Positions 37,502 through 47,703 of a stretch of DNA of 64,000 nt are shown here, piece by piece. A program made the position numbers and the translations under genes. The notes beneath the pieces were generated by a model, which made no database searches, had not been told where the DNA came from, and saw only the letters and a list, made by a program, of their open reading frames with translations. The stretch is from Candidatus Moraniibacteriota bacterium (GTDB taxonomy: Bacteria > Patescibacteriota > Minisyncoccia > Moranbacterales > UBA1568): positions 9,896 to 73,895 of the forward strand of contig JBPOIB010000004.1 of assembly GCA_052034935.1 (NCBI GenBank), written 5' to 3'. Position 1 is the first letter of the stretch; the number at the start of each line of letters is the position of its first letter.

Positions 37502-39718
37502 ATGAAACTTCTCATTGTCGAATCCCCTTCCAAAGCGAAGACGATTGAAAAATATCTCGACGGCGAATACAAGGTCGTCGCCTCGATCGGCCATATCCGC
37601 GATCTTCCCAAAAGCAACAAGGCAGCCATCGATATCAAGGCCGGCTTCGTGCCGAACTATGTCATCAGTCCCGGCAAGGAAGCGGTCGTCGAATCGATCA
37701 AGAAACTCGCCAAGAAAAGTTCGACGGTGCTGCTTGCGACCGACCCCGACCGCGAGGGCGAGGCGATCGCCTGGCATCTCGCCGTCACCTGCGGGCTGAA
37801 GAAACCGGCCCGGGTGCTTTTTTATGAAATCACGCCCGCCGCAGTGAAAGAGGCGATCGCTCACCCTCGACCGCTCGATGAGAACCTTCGCAAAGCCCAG
37901 GAAGCACGACGTGTTCTCGACCGGCTCGTCGGCTACGATCTCTCAGGTCTCATCTGGAAAAAGCTCCGCTACGGACTTTCCGCCGGACGAGTCCAGTCCC
38001 CGGCACTCCATATTCTGGCCCTGCGTGAGAAAGAAATTCAGGCTTTCATTCCAGAAGTTTTTTTCCAGTTCACCGGAGACTTCACCAATACGCTTGGAAA
38101 AGCCCTGACACTTACTCATACTACCGAGTCCCGACCGAAAGCTGATGAAGAAACCGCCAAGAAAGAAGCGGAAGATATCATCGAGCGCGGAAAGAAATCA
38201 ACCTGGACAATTGAGGATGTGAAAGAAACTCCAGCCAAGCGCAGTCCCTACGCGCCGTTTACGACGTCGACCTTGCAGCAGACCGCGAGCTCACGTCTCG
38301 GTTTCGCACCGAGTCGGACCATGAAGACAGCACAACGGCTCTATGAAGCCGGACATATCACCTACATGCGCACCGACTCGACGAATCTGAATAAGGATGC
38401 AGTCGCGAACATCCTCACACTCGTCGAAAAGACCTATGGCAAAGCCTCTGCCATACCCCGCGTCTTCAAGACGAAATCCAAGAATGCTCAGGAGGCACAT
38501 GAGGCGATCCGGCCGACGCATATCGATACGAAAATCTACGGTAAGACGGATGAGGAAAAGAGACTCTATGCGCTCATCCGCTCTCGTACGATAGCGTCGC
38601 AGATGGCCGATGCTGAGGTTCTCCGGACGAAAATATCCGCCCGGGCGAGCGACTCCGCCGTACCGCTTTTCTCTATGACTGGATCCATTGTCGTCTCGCC
38701 TGGCTGGCTTGCCGAAGATACGGCGGCTCGCGGAGAAGATACAGAGCTTCCGAAGGTCACTGTCGGCGAAGTGCTCGACCTCGTCTCGCTCGCGCACGAA
38801 GAGAAGTGGACCGAGCCGCCGAAGCGCTACACCGAAGCCGGACTCGTCAAAGAGCTTGAGAAACGCGGCATCGGCCGGCCATCGACGTATGCCTCGATCA
38901 TCCAGACGATACAGACGCGCGGTTACGTCGACAAAGACGGGCGGACGCTTATTCCGACCGAGACCGGACTCGTGGTTGATGATTTTCTCTCGCTCCACTT
39001 CGCCGAAATCCTTTCGGATGAATTCACGGCCACCATGGAGGATCAGCTCGATGAGATCGCTCTTGGAACACGAGAATACAAGAAAACGCTCAAGGATTTC
39101 TATGGTCCCTTCGCCAAAGAAGTGAAAAGTAAAGATAAGCTCGAGAAGATGTCGAACCTGGGCGACGCGCCGAACGAAATGCGCTGCCCCACGTGTGGCG
39201 GCGACATGATTATCAAACTGGGGCGAACCGGCAAGTTCTATAGCTGCGGCCGCTTTCCTGAATGTGTCGGGGCGCTCACGCTTGAGGGAAAGGTTGTCGA
39301 AGGACCGAAGGCAACCGGCGAGAAGTGCCCATCCTGCGAGAAGGGTGAGCTCGTGGAGCGCGAGGGACGTTTCGGGCGTTTCGTCGCCTGTAGCAACTAT
39401 CCGAAATGCAAATATGTAAAAAAGGATGATCCGGCGAATCTCGTCACTACTGGCGTAAAATGTCCGGTCTGCCAGAAAGGTGAAATGGCGGAACGCCGTG
39501 GCCGCTTCGGCATCTTCTACAGCTGTTCGAACTACCCTGACTGCAAACATGCGATCAAGGCCAAGCCAACTGGCGGACTGTGCACCTATAATCGCGACGA
39601 TCAAGACAACAAAGAATGCGGTGCACTTATGATGGAGGGGACAAAAACTATACCCGAGCGCTGCAGTGACAAGACCTGTCCGAATCACAACCCGCACAAG
39701 CTCGGAGAAAAGGGATAG
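37502..39718 (+). CDS. topA: DNA topoisomerase I with C-terminal Zn ribbons
   Basis: IVESPSKAK, ATDPDREGE, SAGRVQ, ITYMRTDS, GIGRPSTY. Confidence 0.97.
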   Translation: MKLLIVESPSKAKTIEKYLDGEYKVVASIGHIRDLPKSNKAAIDIKAGFVPNYVISPGKEAVVESIKKLAKKSSTVLLATDPDREGEAIAWHLAVTCGLKKPARVLFYEITPAAVKEAIAHPRPLDENLRKAQEARRVLDRLVGYDLSGLIWKKLRYGLSAGRVQSPALHILALREKEIQAFIPEVFFQFTGDFTNTLGKALTLTHTTESRPKADEETAKKEAEDIIERGKKSTWTIEDVKETPAKRSPYAPFTTSTLQQTASSRLGFAPSRTMKTAQRLYEAGHITYMRTDSTNLNKDAVANILTLVEKTYGKASAIPRVFKTKSKNAQEAHEAIRPTHIDTKIYGKTDEEKRLYALIRSRTIASQMADAEVLRTKISARASDSAVPLFSMTGSIVVSPGWLAEDTAARGEDTELPKVTVGEVLDLVSLAHEEKWTEPPKRYTEAGLVKELEKRGIGRPSTYASIIQTIQTRGYVDKDGRTLIPTETGLVVDDFLSLHFAEILSDEFTATMEDQLDEIALGTREYKKTLKDFYGPFAKEVKSKDKLEKMSNLGDAPNEMRCPTCGGDMIIKLGRTGKFYSCGRFPECVGALTLEGKVVEGPKATGEKCPSCEKGELVEREGRFGRFVACSNYPKCKYVKKDDPANLVTTGVKCPVCQKGEMAERRGRFGIFYSCSNYPDCKHAIKAKPTGGLCTYNRDDQDNKECGALMMEGTKTIPERCSDKTCPNHNPHKLGEKG

Positions 39719-39796
39719 CCCAGGGATATTTTAAAAAAGGAAAACGGCGAGAGCACAGCATTGCTCTCGCCGTTCATTTTCGCCCAGAACCTGGGC

Positions 39797-40267
39797 TCAG
39801 GCCGTGGCCGACTCCTCGGCCAGCTGGATGGGATTCGGGACCATCTCCCTGGGGTTGATGAACCAATCCCAACGACCAACGATTCCGACATTGAGCCGGA
39901 AGCGCTGCTCACTGCCAGGCAACGTAAGGATGAGACTGACGCCCGGCCCCTCTTCATCCGGCACGATCGCCAGATTGGTGACATGGCGAGCGATCACCAT
40001 CATTTCCATCACCTCGGTTTCGAGGTTGAGATAGTCGCGGCCGAGCATGGCAAGATCGAAGTGTTGCTGGCTGAACCAGTCGGCAACCACCGGGGTTTCC
40101 TCTGGCCGAACCAGCCGCGCACGAATGTGCCGATGACTCTTGATGCCAGGGAGTTTCTCGGCCCAGAAAGAAATGTCGACACCAGGGCACAGTCGGCAGC
40201 CCGACCATACGACATGACCCATGTCACGGAGAACGGAAACGGCCGGCTGGACTTGCGTTTGATTCAT
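39797..40267 (-). CDS. Hypothetical protein, orphan
   Basis: GAGG upstream; TTGACA-17-TATACT promoter; hairpin at about 39743-39775. Confidence 0.6.
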   Translation of the reverse strand: MNQTQVQPAVSVLRDMGHVVWSGCRLCPGVDISFWAEKLPGIKSHRHIRARLVRPEETPVVADWFSQQHFDLAMLGRDYLNLETEVMEMMVIARHVTNLAIVPDEEGPGVSLILTLPGSEQRFRLNVGIVGRWDWFINPREMVPNPIQLAEESATA

Positions 40268-40456
40268 GTAATCCTCGTGGAGTAAATTTTTCAGGAACAA
40301 CGGGCTGAAACAAAAAAGCATCACACCGATTCTACATCTTTGTAATGCTTTTTGTTTGCCAATAGTATACATGAAAAAACTATTCCTGTCAATCAAATAC
40401 GACTGGATTTTAAGGCTTATACAAGCTTTTTTATCGAAATATACCGATGGGGGAAA

Positions 40457-41203
40457 TTACTCAAAAAATACCAGTCCAAGCATCGCAGCGATACCGGCGA
40501 TGACGGCGACTAATTGATACACCGAGTCCCTGGTCCGTTTGGTCTTGTGCAGTTCAGGAATGAGATCAGCGACCGCAATATAAATGAATCCTCCCGCAGT
40601 CAGAGGAACGAAATACGCCGCAATTGGCTCGGCAAATTCTCCGATAGCGAAGAAGAGTGCTGCTCCGAGAAGGGCGGAGAGGGCAGAAAGGAAATTGAGG
40701 CATAGGGCGTGCTTTTTCGTATAGCCGGCATGAAGCAGTACTGCGAAGTCCCCGACTTCCTGCGGTATCTCATGAAGGATGACAGCGAGCGTCGTAGCAA
40801 GGCCGACCGGGAGACTTACCGTGAAGCTGGCCGCAATGACAACACCATCAAGAAAGTTATGTACGCCATCCGATACGAGAATGAGCTTCCCAACCGGATG
40901 AACACCCTCTTTCCCAAGGTCTTCTCCGTGATGATGCCAGTGCAGGAATTTTTCCAAAATAAAAAAGGCGAGGATACCAATGATGATAAGGACACTGACG
41001 AGACCGGTATTCTCAGTCTCCTCAAAAGCCTCGGGTATGAGATGAATAAATGCGTCGCCGAGCAATGCCCCGACAGCAACACTGATAAAAAGAAAGAGGT
41101 ATTTACGAAATAACTCTTCCTTAAAGGACAGGAGTAAAATTCCCGTCAACGAAAGCAGACTGACCGCGACAACGCTTCCGAAAGTATAGAGGTAGAGATC
41201 CAT
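40457..41203 (-). CDS. ZIP family metal (Zn) transporter
   Basis: HLIPE, HWHHH, DGVHNFLDG, HEIPQEVGD. Confidence 0.92.
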   Translation of the reverse strand: MDLYLYTFGSVVAVSLLSLTGILLLSFKEELFRKYLFLFISVAVGALLGDAFIHLIPEAFEETENTGLVSVLIIIGILAFFILEKFLHWHHHGEDLGKEGVHPVGKLILVSDGVHNFLDGVVIAASFTVSLPVGLATTLAVILHEIPQEVGDFAVLLHAGYTKKHALCLNFLSALSALLGAALFFAIGEFAEPIAAYFVPLTAGGFIYIAVADLIPELHKTKRTRDSVYQLVAVIAGIAAMLGLVFFE

Positions 41204-41225
41204 AATGTGAGATTTAGACTTCTTT

Positions 41226-41645
41226 TTATATACACATCCGGCAACGACCGAAGAATTCCAATGAGTGGTGAATGACTGAAAAACCACTCTGTAGAGCGAG
41301 GCGTTCCCCTTGCTTCAAAAAATCAGACTCATCCAAGAGAACATCCTCCACTTTGTCGCATTTCAGACAAACGAAATGATGGTGATGTCCGCGCTCAGTA
41401 AGCTCAAAGTATTGCTTCCGATCACTCACGATGACCCGGCGAATAATCTCCGCCTGCTCGAGAGCCGCAAGGTCACGATAAATGGTCGTCTTATTCGCTT
41501 TCCTTCCCGCTTCATGGCAAAGGGCGACGATTTCCGGTGGGGCAAGTGGGCCGACAGCCTCATGAAGCACCGCCAAAAGCACCTGCCGTGTCTTCGTACT
41601 TCGCAGTTCCGCCTCTGACATTTTTTGATGACAGCACTCATCCAT
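41226..41645 (-). CDS. Fur-family regulator (Zur-like)
   Basis: TTIYRDL, HHHHFVCLKC, CRMC; upstream of the ZIP gene; start chosen to fit the promoter. Confidence 0.88.
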   Translation of the reverse strand: MDECCHQKMSEAELRSTKTRQVLLAVLHEAVGPLAPPEIVALCHEAGRKANKTTIYRDLAALEQAEIIRRVIVSDRKQYFELTERGHHHHFVCLKCDKVEDVLLDESDFLKQGERLALQSGFSVIHHSLEFFGRCRMCI

Positions 41646-41652
41646 ATATTTC

Positions 41653-41680
41653 ATATTAGCAACTTAGTTGCTTTTGTCAA
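41653..41680 (-). promoter_or_regulatory. Promoter TTGACA-16-TAATAT with palindromic operator AGCAACTAAGTTGCT (41658-41672)
   Basis: 6-3-6 palindrome between the -35 and -10; likely autoregulatory Zur/Fur site. Confidence 0.65.
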
Positions 41681-41796
41681 GAACCGGAAAAATTCCGTTT
41701 GAAGGGAGTGCACGAACATGAGAGAATGGGCTAGCTAGATTAAGTTCGCCTTACCTTCCTTCCGCCATCATCAGATTCCATGTGTCATCTTTCCCT

Positions 41797-43299
41797 ATGA
41801 TCCCGATCACCCTTGAGGACGTTCTCAAAACGAGCCGCTTCCCGCTCAAAAGCGATCAGGAAAAGCAGTTCCGTGAGGCGTATGCTTTTGCCGAAAAAGC
41901 CCACGAGGGGCAGCTTCGCCGTTCCGGCGAGCCCTATATCACCCACTCGCTCCATGTCTCGAAGATTCTGGCTGAAATCGGTATGGATACAACCACTCTC
42001 ATTGCCGGCCTGCTTCATGACGTCCCCGAGGATACAGCCGTCACCCTCGAAGAGATCGAGAAGCGTTTCGGCGCCGACGTCGCCTACCTCGTCGACGGCA
42101 TCACCAAGCTCGGAAAAATCAAACTTCGCGGATCGCACGAGGAATACTTCCTCGAAAACCTTCGCAAGATGTTTCTCGCGATGGCGAAAGATATCCGCGT
42201 CGTCATCATCAAGCTTGCCGACCGACTGCACAATATGCGGACACTCGAGCATGTCCCGCCGGAAAAGCAGCTCCGCATCGCCCGCGAAACAATGGAGATC
42301 TATGGGCCGATTGCCAATCGTCTCGGCATCGGTGAAATCAAAGGCGAGCTCGAGGACCTCTGTTTCCGGTATCTCGATCCCGAGCACTATCGGCAGACGA
42401 AGGAAATTGAGGAGACCTATCTCTATAAAGGGAAAGCCTACATGGATGAGACCGTCGCCCTTTTTCGGAACCTGCTCAAGAAAGAAAAGATAAGTCTACT
42501 CGAGATCAGCGGGAGAACGAAATTCCTTTACCGCCTTTTCAAGAAGCTGGAGCGGCACGACATGGACATCACTCGGATCTATGATCTCGTCGCAATCCGT
42601 ATCATCGTTCCGGAGGTCGCCGACTGCTACGAAGCGCTCGGCATCATCCATCGCGAGTACCGGCCGATGATCGGTCGGATCAAGGATTATATCTCTCTCC
42701 CGAAACCAAACGGCTATCAATCGCTTCACACCACCGTCTTCGGTCCCGAGGGACGGATTCTCGAAATCCAAATCCGGACGGAAAAGATGCATACCGAGGC
42801 GGAGTTCGGTATCGCCGCCCATTGGATCTACACCGAGCGCGATCGGCGCGGCTGGAAGAACCTCTTCGCCCGGAAAAAAGCAGCGGTCGCTGAGCAGCCA
42901 AAGGGTCTCGAGTGGGTTCGCCAGCTCCAAGAATGGCAGAAAGAAATCGGCCGGGATGATGACGAATTCCTTCAGGGACTCCAGATCGATTTTTTCAAAA
43001 ACCACATCTTCGCTTTCACGCCAAAAGGTGACATCATCGAGCTGCCGGAAGATGCGACTCCGATCGATTTCGCCTACTCAATCCACAGCGAGGTCGGCAA
43101 TGCGGCGAGCGGCGCCAAGGCCGATGGCAAGATTATTCCGCTCAATCAGCCCATCCAGAACGGCCAAGTCATCGAGATTTTGACGGAAAAGAACAAGAAA
43201 AAACCGAGCTACGACTGGCTCGATTTCGCCAAAACAGCTAATGCCAAAGCGCATATCCGCCGGGCGCTCAGAAGTGACGGGCTCTTCGAAAAGCACTAG
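41797..43299 (+). CDS. rel: RelA/SpoT homolog (HD hydrolase, synthetase, TGS)
   Basis: RRSGEPYITH, LLHDVPED, KLADRLHNMRT, RIKDY..PKPNGYQSLHT, DFAYSIHSEVG. Confidence 0.93.
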   Translation: MIPITLEDVLKTSRFPLKSDQEKQFREAYAFAEKAHEGQLRRSGEPYITHSLHVSKILAEIGMDTTTLIAGLLHDVPEDTAVTLEEIEKRFGADVAYLVDGITKLGKIKLRGSHEEYFLENLRKMFLAMAKDIRVVIIKLADRLHNMRTLEHVPPEKQLRIARETMEIYGPIANRLGIGEIKGELEDLCFRYLDPEHYRQTKEIEETYLYKGKAYMDETVALFRNLLKKEKISLLEISGRTKFLYRLFKKLERHDMDITRIYDLVAIRIIVPEVADCYEALGIIHREYRPMIGRIKDYISLPKPNGYQSLHTTVFGPEGRILEIQIRTEKMHTEAEFGIAAHWIYTERDRRGWKNLFARKKAAVAEQPKGLEWVRQLQEWQKEIGRDDDEFLQGLQIDFFKNHIFAFTPKGDIIELPEDATPIDFAYSIHSEVGNAASGAKADGKIIPLNQPIQNGQVIEILTEKNKKKPSYDWLDFAKTANAKAHIRRALRSDGLFEKH

Positions 43300-45048
43300 C
43301 TATTCTTTCGTCGCCCGCATCACTTCTTCGATCGCGGTCACTCCCTGGACGATTTTGAGAAATCCATCCTCGACCATGGTCGCCATACCGTTTGTCCGGG
43401 CTTGGTTCTCGATTTGTTCGCTCGTTGCCGACTGTGTCACGAGCTTGCGGATATCAGTATCCATCTCGAGCACCTCATAGACGCCAACGCGGCCGCGATA
43501 CCCCTCATTGTTGCACTGCTCGCAACCGGCCGCCTTATAGAGTTCGATATCCTCCCAGGCAGAAATCTTCTCGACGATTTTCTTCGCTGCCGGTTCCTTC
43601 TTCAGGAATGCCATAACGCTTTCAAGGTCATAGAGCTTGCCGAGCGACTCAACCTCTTTCGAGTCAAGCTTGTAGGGCTTGCGACAATCTGGACAGAGTC
43701 GGCGGACGAGGCGCTGAGCGATGATGACATTCACCGTCGAGGCAATAAGAAACGGCTCGGCGCCCATATCGAGCATGCGCGGCAAAGTGGCAGCAGCTGA
43801 GTTCGTGTGCAACGTCGAAAGAACAAGGTGTCCGGTCATCGCCGCGTGGAGCGCAATCTCAAGCGTTTCCTCATCACGGATCTCGCCGACCATGATGATA
43901 TCCGGATCCTGGCGCAGCAACGCTCGGAGCGCGGCGGCAAACGTCATCCCGACCTTCGGATTGATCTGGGTCTGATTCACGCGCTGCATCCGATACTCAA
44001 CCGGATCCTCAACCGTCGAGATATTCACATCCGGTGTATTCAGGATATCCATCGCAGTATAGAGCGTCGTCGTCTTCCCCGATCCCGTCGGACCAGTAAC
44101 GAGAATAATGCCGTTCGGCTTTCCTATTTCACGCCGCACTTTCTCTAGCGGTTCGCCGAGGAGTCCCATTTTTTCGAGAGTAAGCCCATGCGACGATTCA
44201 TCCAAAAGACGCATCACTATTTTCTCACCATCAAAAATCGGGAGGATACTGACGCGAAACGCAATCTTGTATTCTTCTTTTTCGATCTTGAAGCGGCCAT
44301 CCTGCGGCAGGCGGTGTTCATCGAGTTTCAGATTGGAAAGCACCTTGATACGCGCCACGATGCCGGCAGCTACATCCTTCGGCAGCGTCATCGCATCATG
44401 AAGTACTCCATCGATACGGTAACGAACAACAACCTCTTTTTCCAGCGGTTCGATATGGATATCGGAAGCGGATTGCAGAATCGCATGTTTCAGAAGAGTA
44501 TCAACCACCCGGATAATCGGCAGGCCGGCGGCGATCTTTTCAAGATCACCGTCTTTCTCCTCCTCTTTTCCTTTATTCACCTCATCCGTCAGGATGTCCC
44601 CGAACTCAGCTTTCAGACTCTTCTCATACTGTCGGAGCACGCCCTGGATACTCTCTCGAGACGTAAGACAGGGGATAATTTTCAGCCCAGTTTTTTTCTT
44701 GATAAAATCAATCGTCTGAATATCCTCTGGATTGAGCATGGCCACCTTCAGGTTGGACCCTGTTTTCTGAAACGCAACGATATTGTATTTCTTCGCAATC
44801 GGCTCCGGAACGATCGAAAGAATATCGAAAGGAATCGTTTCTTTGGAAAGATCAACGAACGGGATGCCAAGCACATAGGCATAGACTTTCTGAAGCTCGG
44901 ACTCCTCGATGTATTTTTTCTCAAGCAGACAGGCTGCTAGCTCTTTCCCCTCGGCCGCACACTCCTTGATGGCAAGCTCAAGCTTGTCTTTCGGGATAAC
45001 ATTTGAGTCGAGGAGGAACTCCTGCAGTTGTCCGGGTTTGATACGCAT
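43300..45048 (-). CDS. PilB/GspE-family pilus assembly ATPase
   Basis: ASDIHIEP, RLPQDGR, GPTGSGKTTTLY, EDPVEY, LRQDPD, TGHLVLSTLHTN. Confidence 0.93.
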   Translation of the reverse strand: MRIKPGQLQEFLLDSNVIPKDKLELAIKECAAEGKELAACLLEKKYIEESELQKVYAYVLGIPFVDLSKETIPFDILSIVPEPIAKKYNIVAFQKTGSNLKVAMLNPEDIQTIDFIKKKTGLKIIPCLTSRESIQGVLRQYEKSLKAEFGDILTDEVNKGKEEEKDGDLEKIAAGLPIIRVVDTLLKHAILQSASDIHIEPLEKEVVVRYRIDGVLHDAMTLPKDVAAGIVARIKVLSNLKLDEHRLPQDGRFKIEKEEYKIAFRVSILPIFDGEKIVMRLLDESSHGLTLEKMGLLGEPLEKVRREIGKPNGIILVTGPTGSGKTTTLYTAMDILNTPDVNISTVEDPVEYRMQRVNQTQINPKVGMTFAAALRALLRQDPDIIMVGEIRDEETLEIALHAAMTGHLVLSTLHTNSAAATLPRMLDMGAEPFLIASTVNVIIAQRLVRRLCPDCRKPYKLDSKEVESLGKLYDLESVMAFLKKEPAAKKIVEKISAWEDIELYKAAGCEQCNNEGYRGRVGVYEVLEMDTDIRKLVTQSATSEQIENQARTNGMATMVEDGFLKIVQGVTAIEEVMRATKE

Positions 45049-45174
45049 GAAATCTGTACGTTTTTGTGTTTCTCTTGTCCTTATTATACAACACCCGCGC
45101 TCGAACAAATAAAGAAGGCCTGGCGTCCGTTCGGATGCCAGGCACTCGCTATCAAACAACGCCATGTGCCCTCT

Positions 45175-45744
45175 TCAGTGTCCGACAAGAAAGAGCATAT
45201 CCGGAGGACAGATATCCGACGTCGATATTCGGGCTTCCTGCTCGATATCCCAGTACTGCCGCGCGCCAAATAGGTCATAACGGAAACGGACCGCATGTTG
45301 CTCGGGTGTGCCAATACGGTAGCCGAGCGGCGCTGATGGATCCGGGGTTTGCGGCGCGCCACCCATCATCGCGAGGATGCACCGGCCATCCGGACGCAGG
45401 AAGGGACCGATCATTTCCGTCTGAGCAGCGAAAAGATCTTCGAGAAAGCAGAACGGCGTTTCGCCACGGCTCTCCGGCCAGCTGGTAAAGGCCGTTGAAA
45501 AGGAAATTTCGTACTTCAACTCCCATATCGAGAAGCGTTTGGCTGAGGCACCAGCGGGAGCTTTGCCAGTCGGAACGAACAGAGGCTGAATCCTGCTCTG
45601 GAATCCCGAACCGAGCTTGACTCTCCTCCCCTGCGTCAGGGAATTGAGGTATCGGCCAGGAATCACCTCTCGTCCGGGAAAAGGCAGCTCGATCACGGCT
45701 ATACAGCGAAAGAGCCCTGTTTCAGCGGGAAGGGTAAGTGCCAC
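45175..45744 (-). CDS. Hypothetical protein, orphan
   Basis: AGGAGG upstream of GTG; hairpin downstream. Confidence 0.55.
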   Translation of the reverse strand: MALTLPAETGLFRCIAVIELPFPGREVIPGRYLNSLTQGRRVKLGSGFQSRIQPLFVPTGKAPAGASAKRFSIWELKYEISFSTAFTSWPESRGETPFCFLEDLFAAQTEMIGPFLRPDGRCILAMMGGAPQTPDPSAPLGYRIGTPEQHAVRFRYDLFGARQYWDIEQEARISTSDICPPDMLFLVGH

Positions 45745-45874
45745 CGTAGCGTCCTCCTAAGATAGTGCCCGAAAAGAACTGTCTGCCGAAAAGGCAGGGC
45801 GAGACCGGGTGTATTTCTCCCGGATGCGACTATTGTAAACCGAGTCATTTGTTTTGGCCAGAAGCTCAGAAAAA

Positions 45875-45908
45875 GCAAAAGAGCGCTCTCGAAGAAGCGT
45901 TCTTTTGC
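45875..45908 (-). terminator. groL terminator
   Basis: GCAAAAGAACGCT...AGCGCTCTTTTGC followed by TTTT. Confidence 0.65.
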
Positions 45909-45925
45909 AATGGTTCCGAATCTCT

Positions 45926-47584
45926 TTACATCATACCTCCCATGCCCCCCATGCCCGGCATGCCGGCCGGCATATCCTTCTTTTCCTCAGGCAGGTCAAC
46001 AACCGCTGCTTCCGTAGTGAGGAGAAGCGCCGCAACAGAGACAGCGTTCTCGAGGGCTGTCCGGGTTACTTTTAAGGGATCGATAATCCCCGCCTTGAGC
46101 ATATCAGTTTCATATGTATCGGTCAGGGCATTGTAACCAAAGTTTACCCCCTTATTCGCGACTACTTGATTCATGACAACACTCGCATCCGAGAGACCAG
46201 CATTCGAGACTATTTGCCGGAGCGGTTCCTCGAGTGCCTTCAAGACCGTCAGATAGCCGGCCCGGAAATCATCTTCGGCTTTGGCCTCAGTTTTCTTGAA
46301 TTTCTCACCCACCTCAACTGAGGCTTTCACCAAAGCTGTACCACCGCCCGCCACGATTCCTTCGGCAATCGCGGCCTTGGTCGCCGCTACCGCATCCTCC
46401 ATCTTGTGCTTCATGTAGGTTAATTCGGTTTCAGTGGCCGCACCGACACGGATGACCGCTACGCCGCCAGAAAGCTTCGCCATACGTTTTACGAGACGCT
46501 CACGATCATACTTGCTTTCAGTCTTGTCCGCCTGAGCCTTGATGAGAGCGACACGACTGTCGATATCCTTCTTTTTTCCCTTCCCATCGACGATGGTCGT
46601 GTCATCCTTGGTAGCAATCACTTTCGCTGCACGGCCGAGCATAGAGAGCTCGGTTGACTCGAGTTTCATCCCCTTATCGGTCGAGATGACCTGCGCACCG
46701 ACCAAGGCAGCGATGTCTTCGAGTACGGCTTTGCGGTTATCCCCGAATTCCGGCGCTTTTACCGCCAACACGTTCAAGACCCCTCGCAACCGGTTCACGA
46801 CCAGCGTCGCCAGTGCTTCGCCATCGACATCATCAGCGATGATAACGACATCTTTCTTGCCGGTCTGCGCCATTTTTTCCAGAACGGGAAGAATTTCCGG
46901 CATCGAGGAAATCTTCTTATCAGTAATGAGAATGAACGGATCTTTGATTTCGGCCGACTGGGAAGCCATATCCGTCATCATGTACTGGGAGATATAGCCT
47001 TTATCGAAGCTCATCCCCATCACCACCTCCTTGGAGAGACCGAGGGTCTGGGACTGTTCCGTCGTCACAACACCATCCTCTCCGACCGCCTCCATAACAT
47101 CCGCGATCATCTTCCCCATCTCCTCGCTCTCAGCAGAAATGGTCGCGACATTCACTTTCTCTTCTTTGGAGCTGATTTTCTTGGAATTTTTCTTGAGGGC
47201 CGTCACGATATCCTCTTTAGCGGATTCCATTCCACGCCGGATTCCGATCGGGCTGATGCCAGTCTCGACAAATTTCAGGCCTTCACGGACGAGCGCCTGT
47301 GTGATAACCGTTGCGGTCGTCGTACCGTCACCGGCGACATCATTCGTCTTTTCCGCCACCTGTTTGATAAGCTCAGCACCGAGATTTTCAAAAGCATCTG
47401 GGAGCTCGATATCCTTCGCGATCGATACACCATCGTTCGTGATCGTCGGACCGCCATAGGATTTCCCGAGAAGAACATTACGTCCCTTCGGACCCATCGT
47501 GACACGGACGGCATTCGCCACCTTATCGATACCTGCCTTCACACGCTTCCGGGCTTCCTCGCTGTAAATAACCTGCTTGGCCAT
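45926..47584 (-). CDS. groL: Chaperonin GroEL
   Basis: TMGPKGRNV, ITNDGVSIAK, AGDGTTTATV, GGMGGMM tail. Confidence 0.97.
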   Translation of the reverse strand: MAKQVIYSEEARKRVKAGIDKVANAVRVTMGPKGRNVLLGKSYGGPTITNDGVSIAKDIELPDAFENLGAELIKQVAEKTNDVAGDGTTTATVITQALVREGLKFVETGISPIGIRRGMESAKEDIVTALKKNSKKISSKEEKVNVATISAESEEMGKMIADVMEAVGEDGVVTTEQSQTLGLSKEVVMGMSFDKGYISQYMMTDMASQSAEIKDPFILITDKKISSMPEILPVLEKMAQTGKKDVVIIADDVDGEALATLVVNRLRGVLNVLAVKAPEFGDNRKAVLEDIAALVGAQVISTDKGMKLESTELSMLGRAAKVIATKDDTTIVDGKGKKKDIDSRVALIKAQADKTESKYDRERLVKRMAKLSGGVAVIRVGAATETELTYMKHKMEDAVAATKAAIAEGIVAGGGTALVKASVEVGEKFKKTEAKAEDDFRAGYLTVLKALEEPLRQIVSNAGLSDASVVMNQVVANKGVNFGYNALTDTYETDMLKAGIIDPLKVTRTALENAVSVAALLLTTEAAVVDLPEEKKDMPAGMPGMGGMGGMM

Positions 47585-47622
47585 ACTAGATTTGTATTAA
47601 TGGAATTAGGAGTCAGCTTGAA

Positions 47623-47649
47623 TTAGCACTCTCCATTATAGACTGCTAA
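47623..47649. promoter_or_regulatory. CIRCE element (HrcA operator) overlapping the groL promoter TTGACG-16-TATAAT
   Basis: TTAGCACTC-N9-GACTGCTAA, one mismatch to consensus. Confidence 0.88.
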
Positions 47650-47703
47650 AAAAAGTCGTCAAGGGGCCTCGCTAAAAACATCCACTCTACGAAGCTCGGA
47701 TCA

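Noticed and set aside
44850-45048. c-di-GMP-binding MshEN motif in the PilB-like ATPase
   Set aside because: The RLGxxL signature is absent from both half-motifs.
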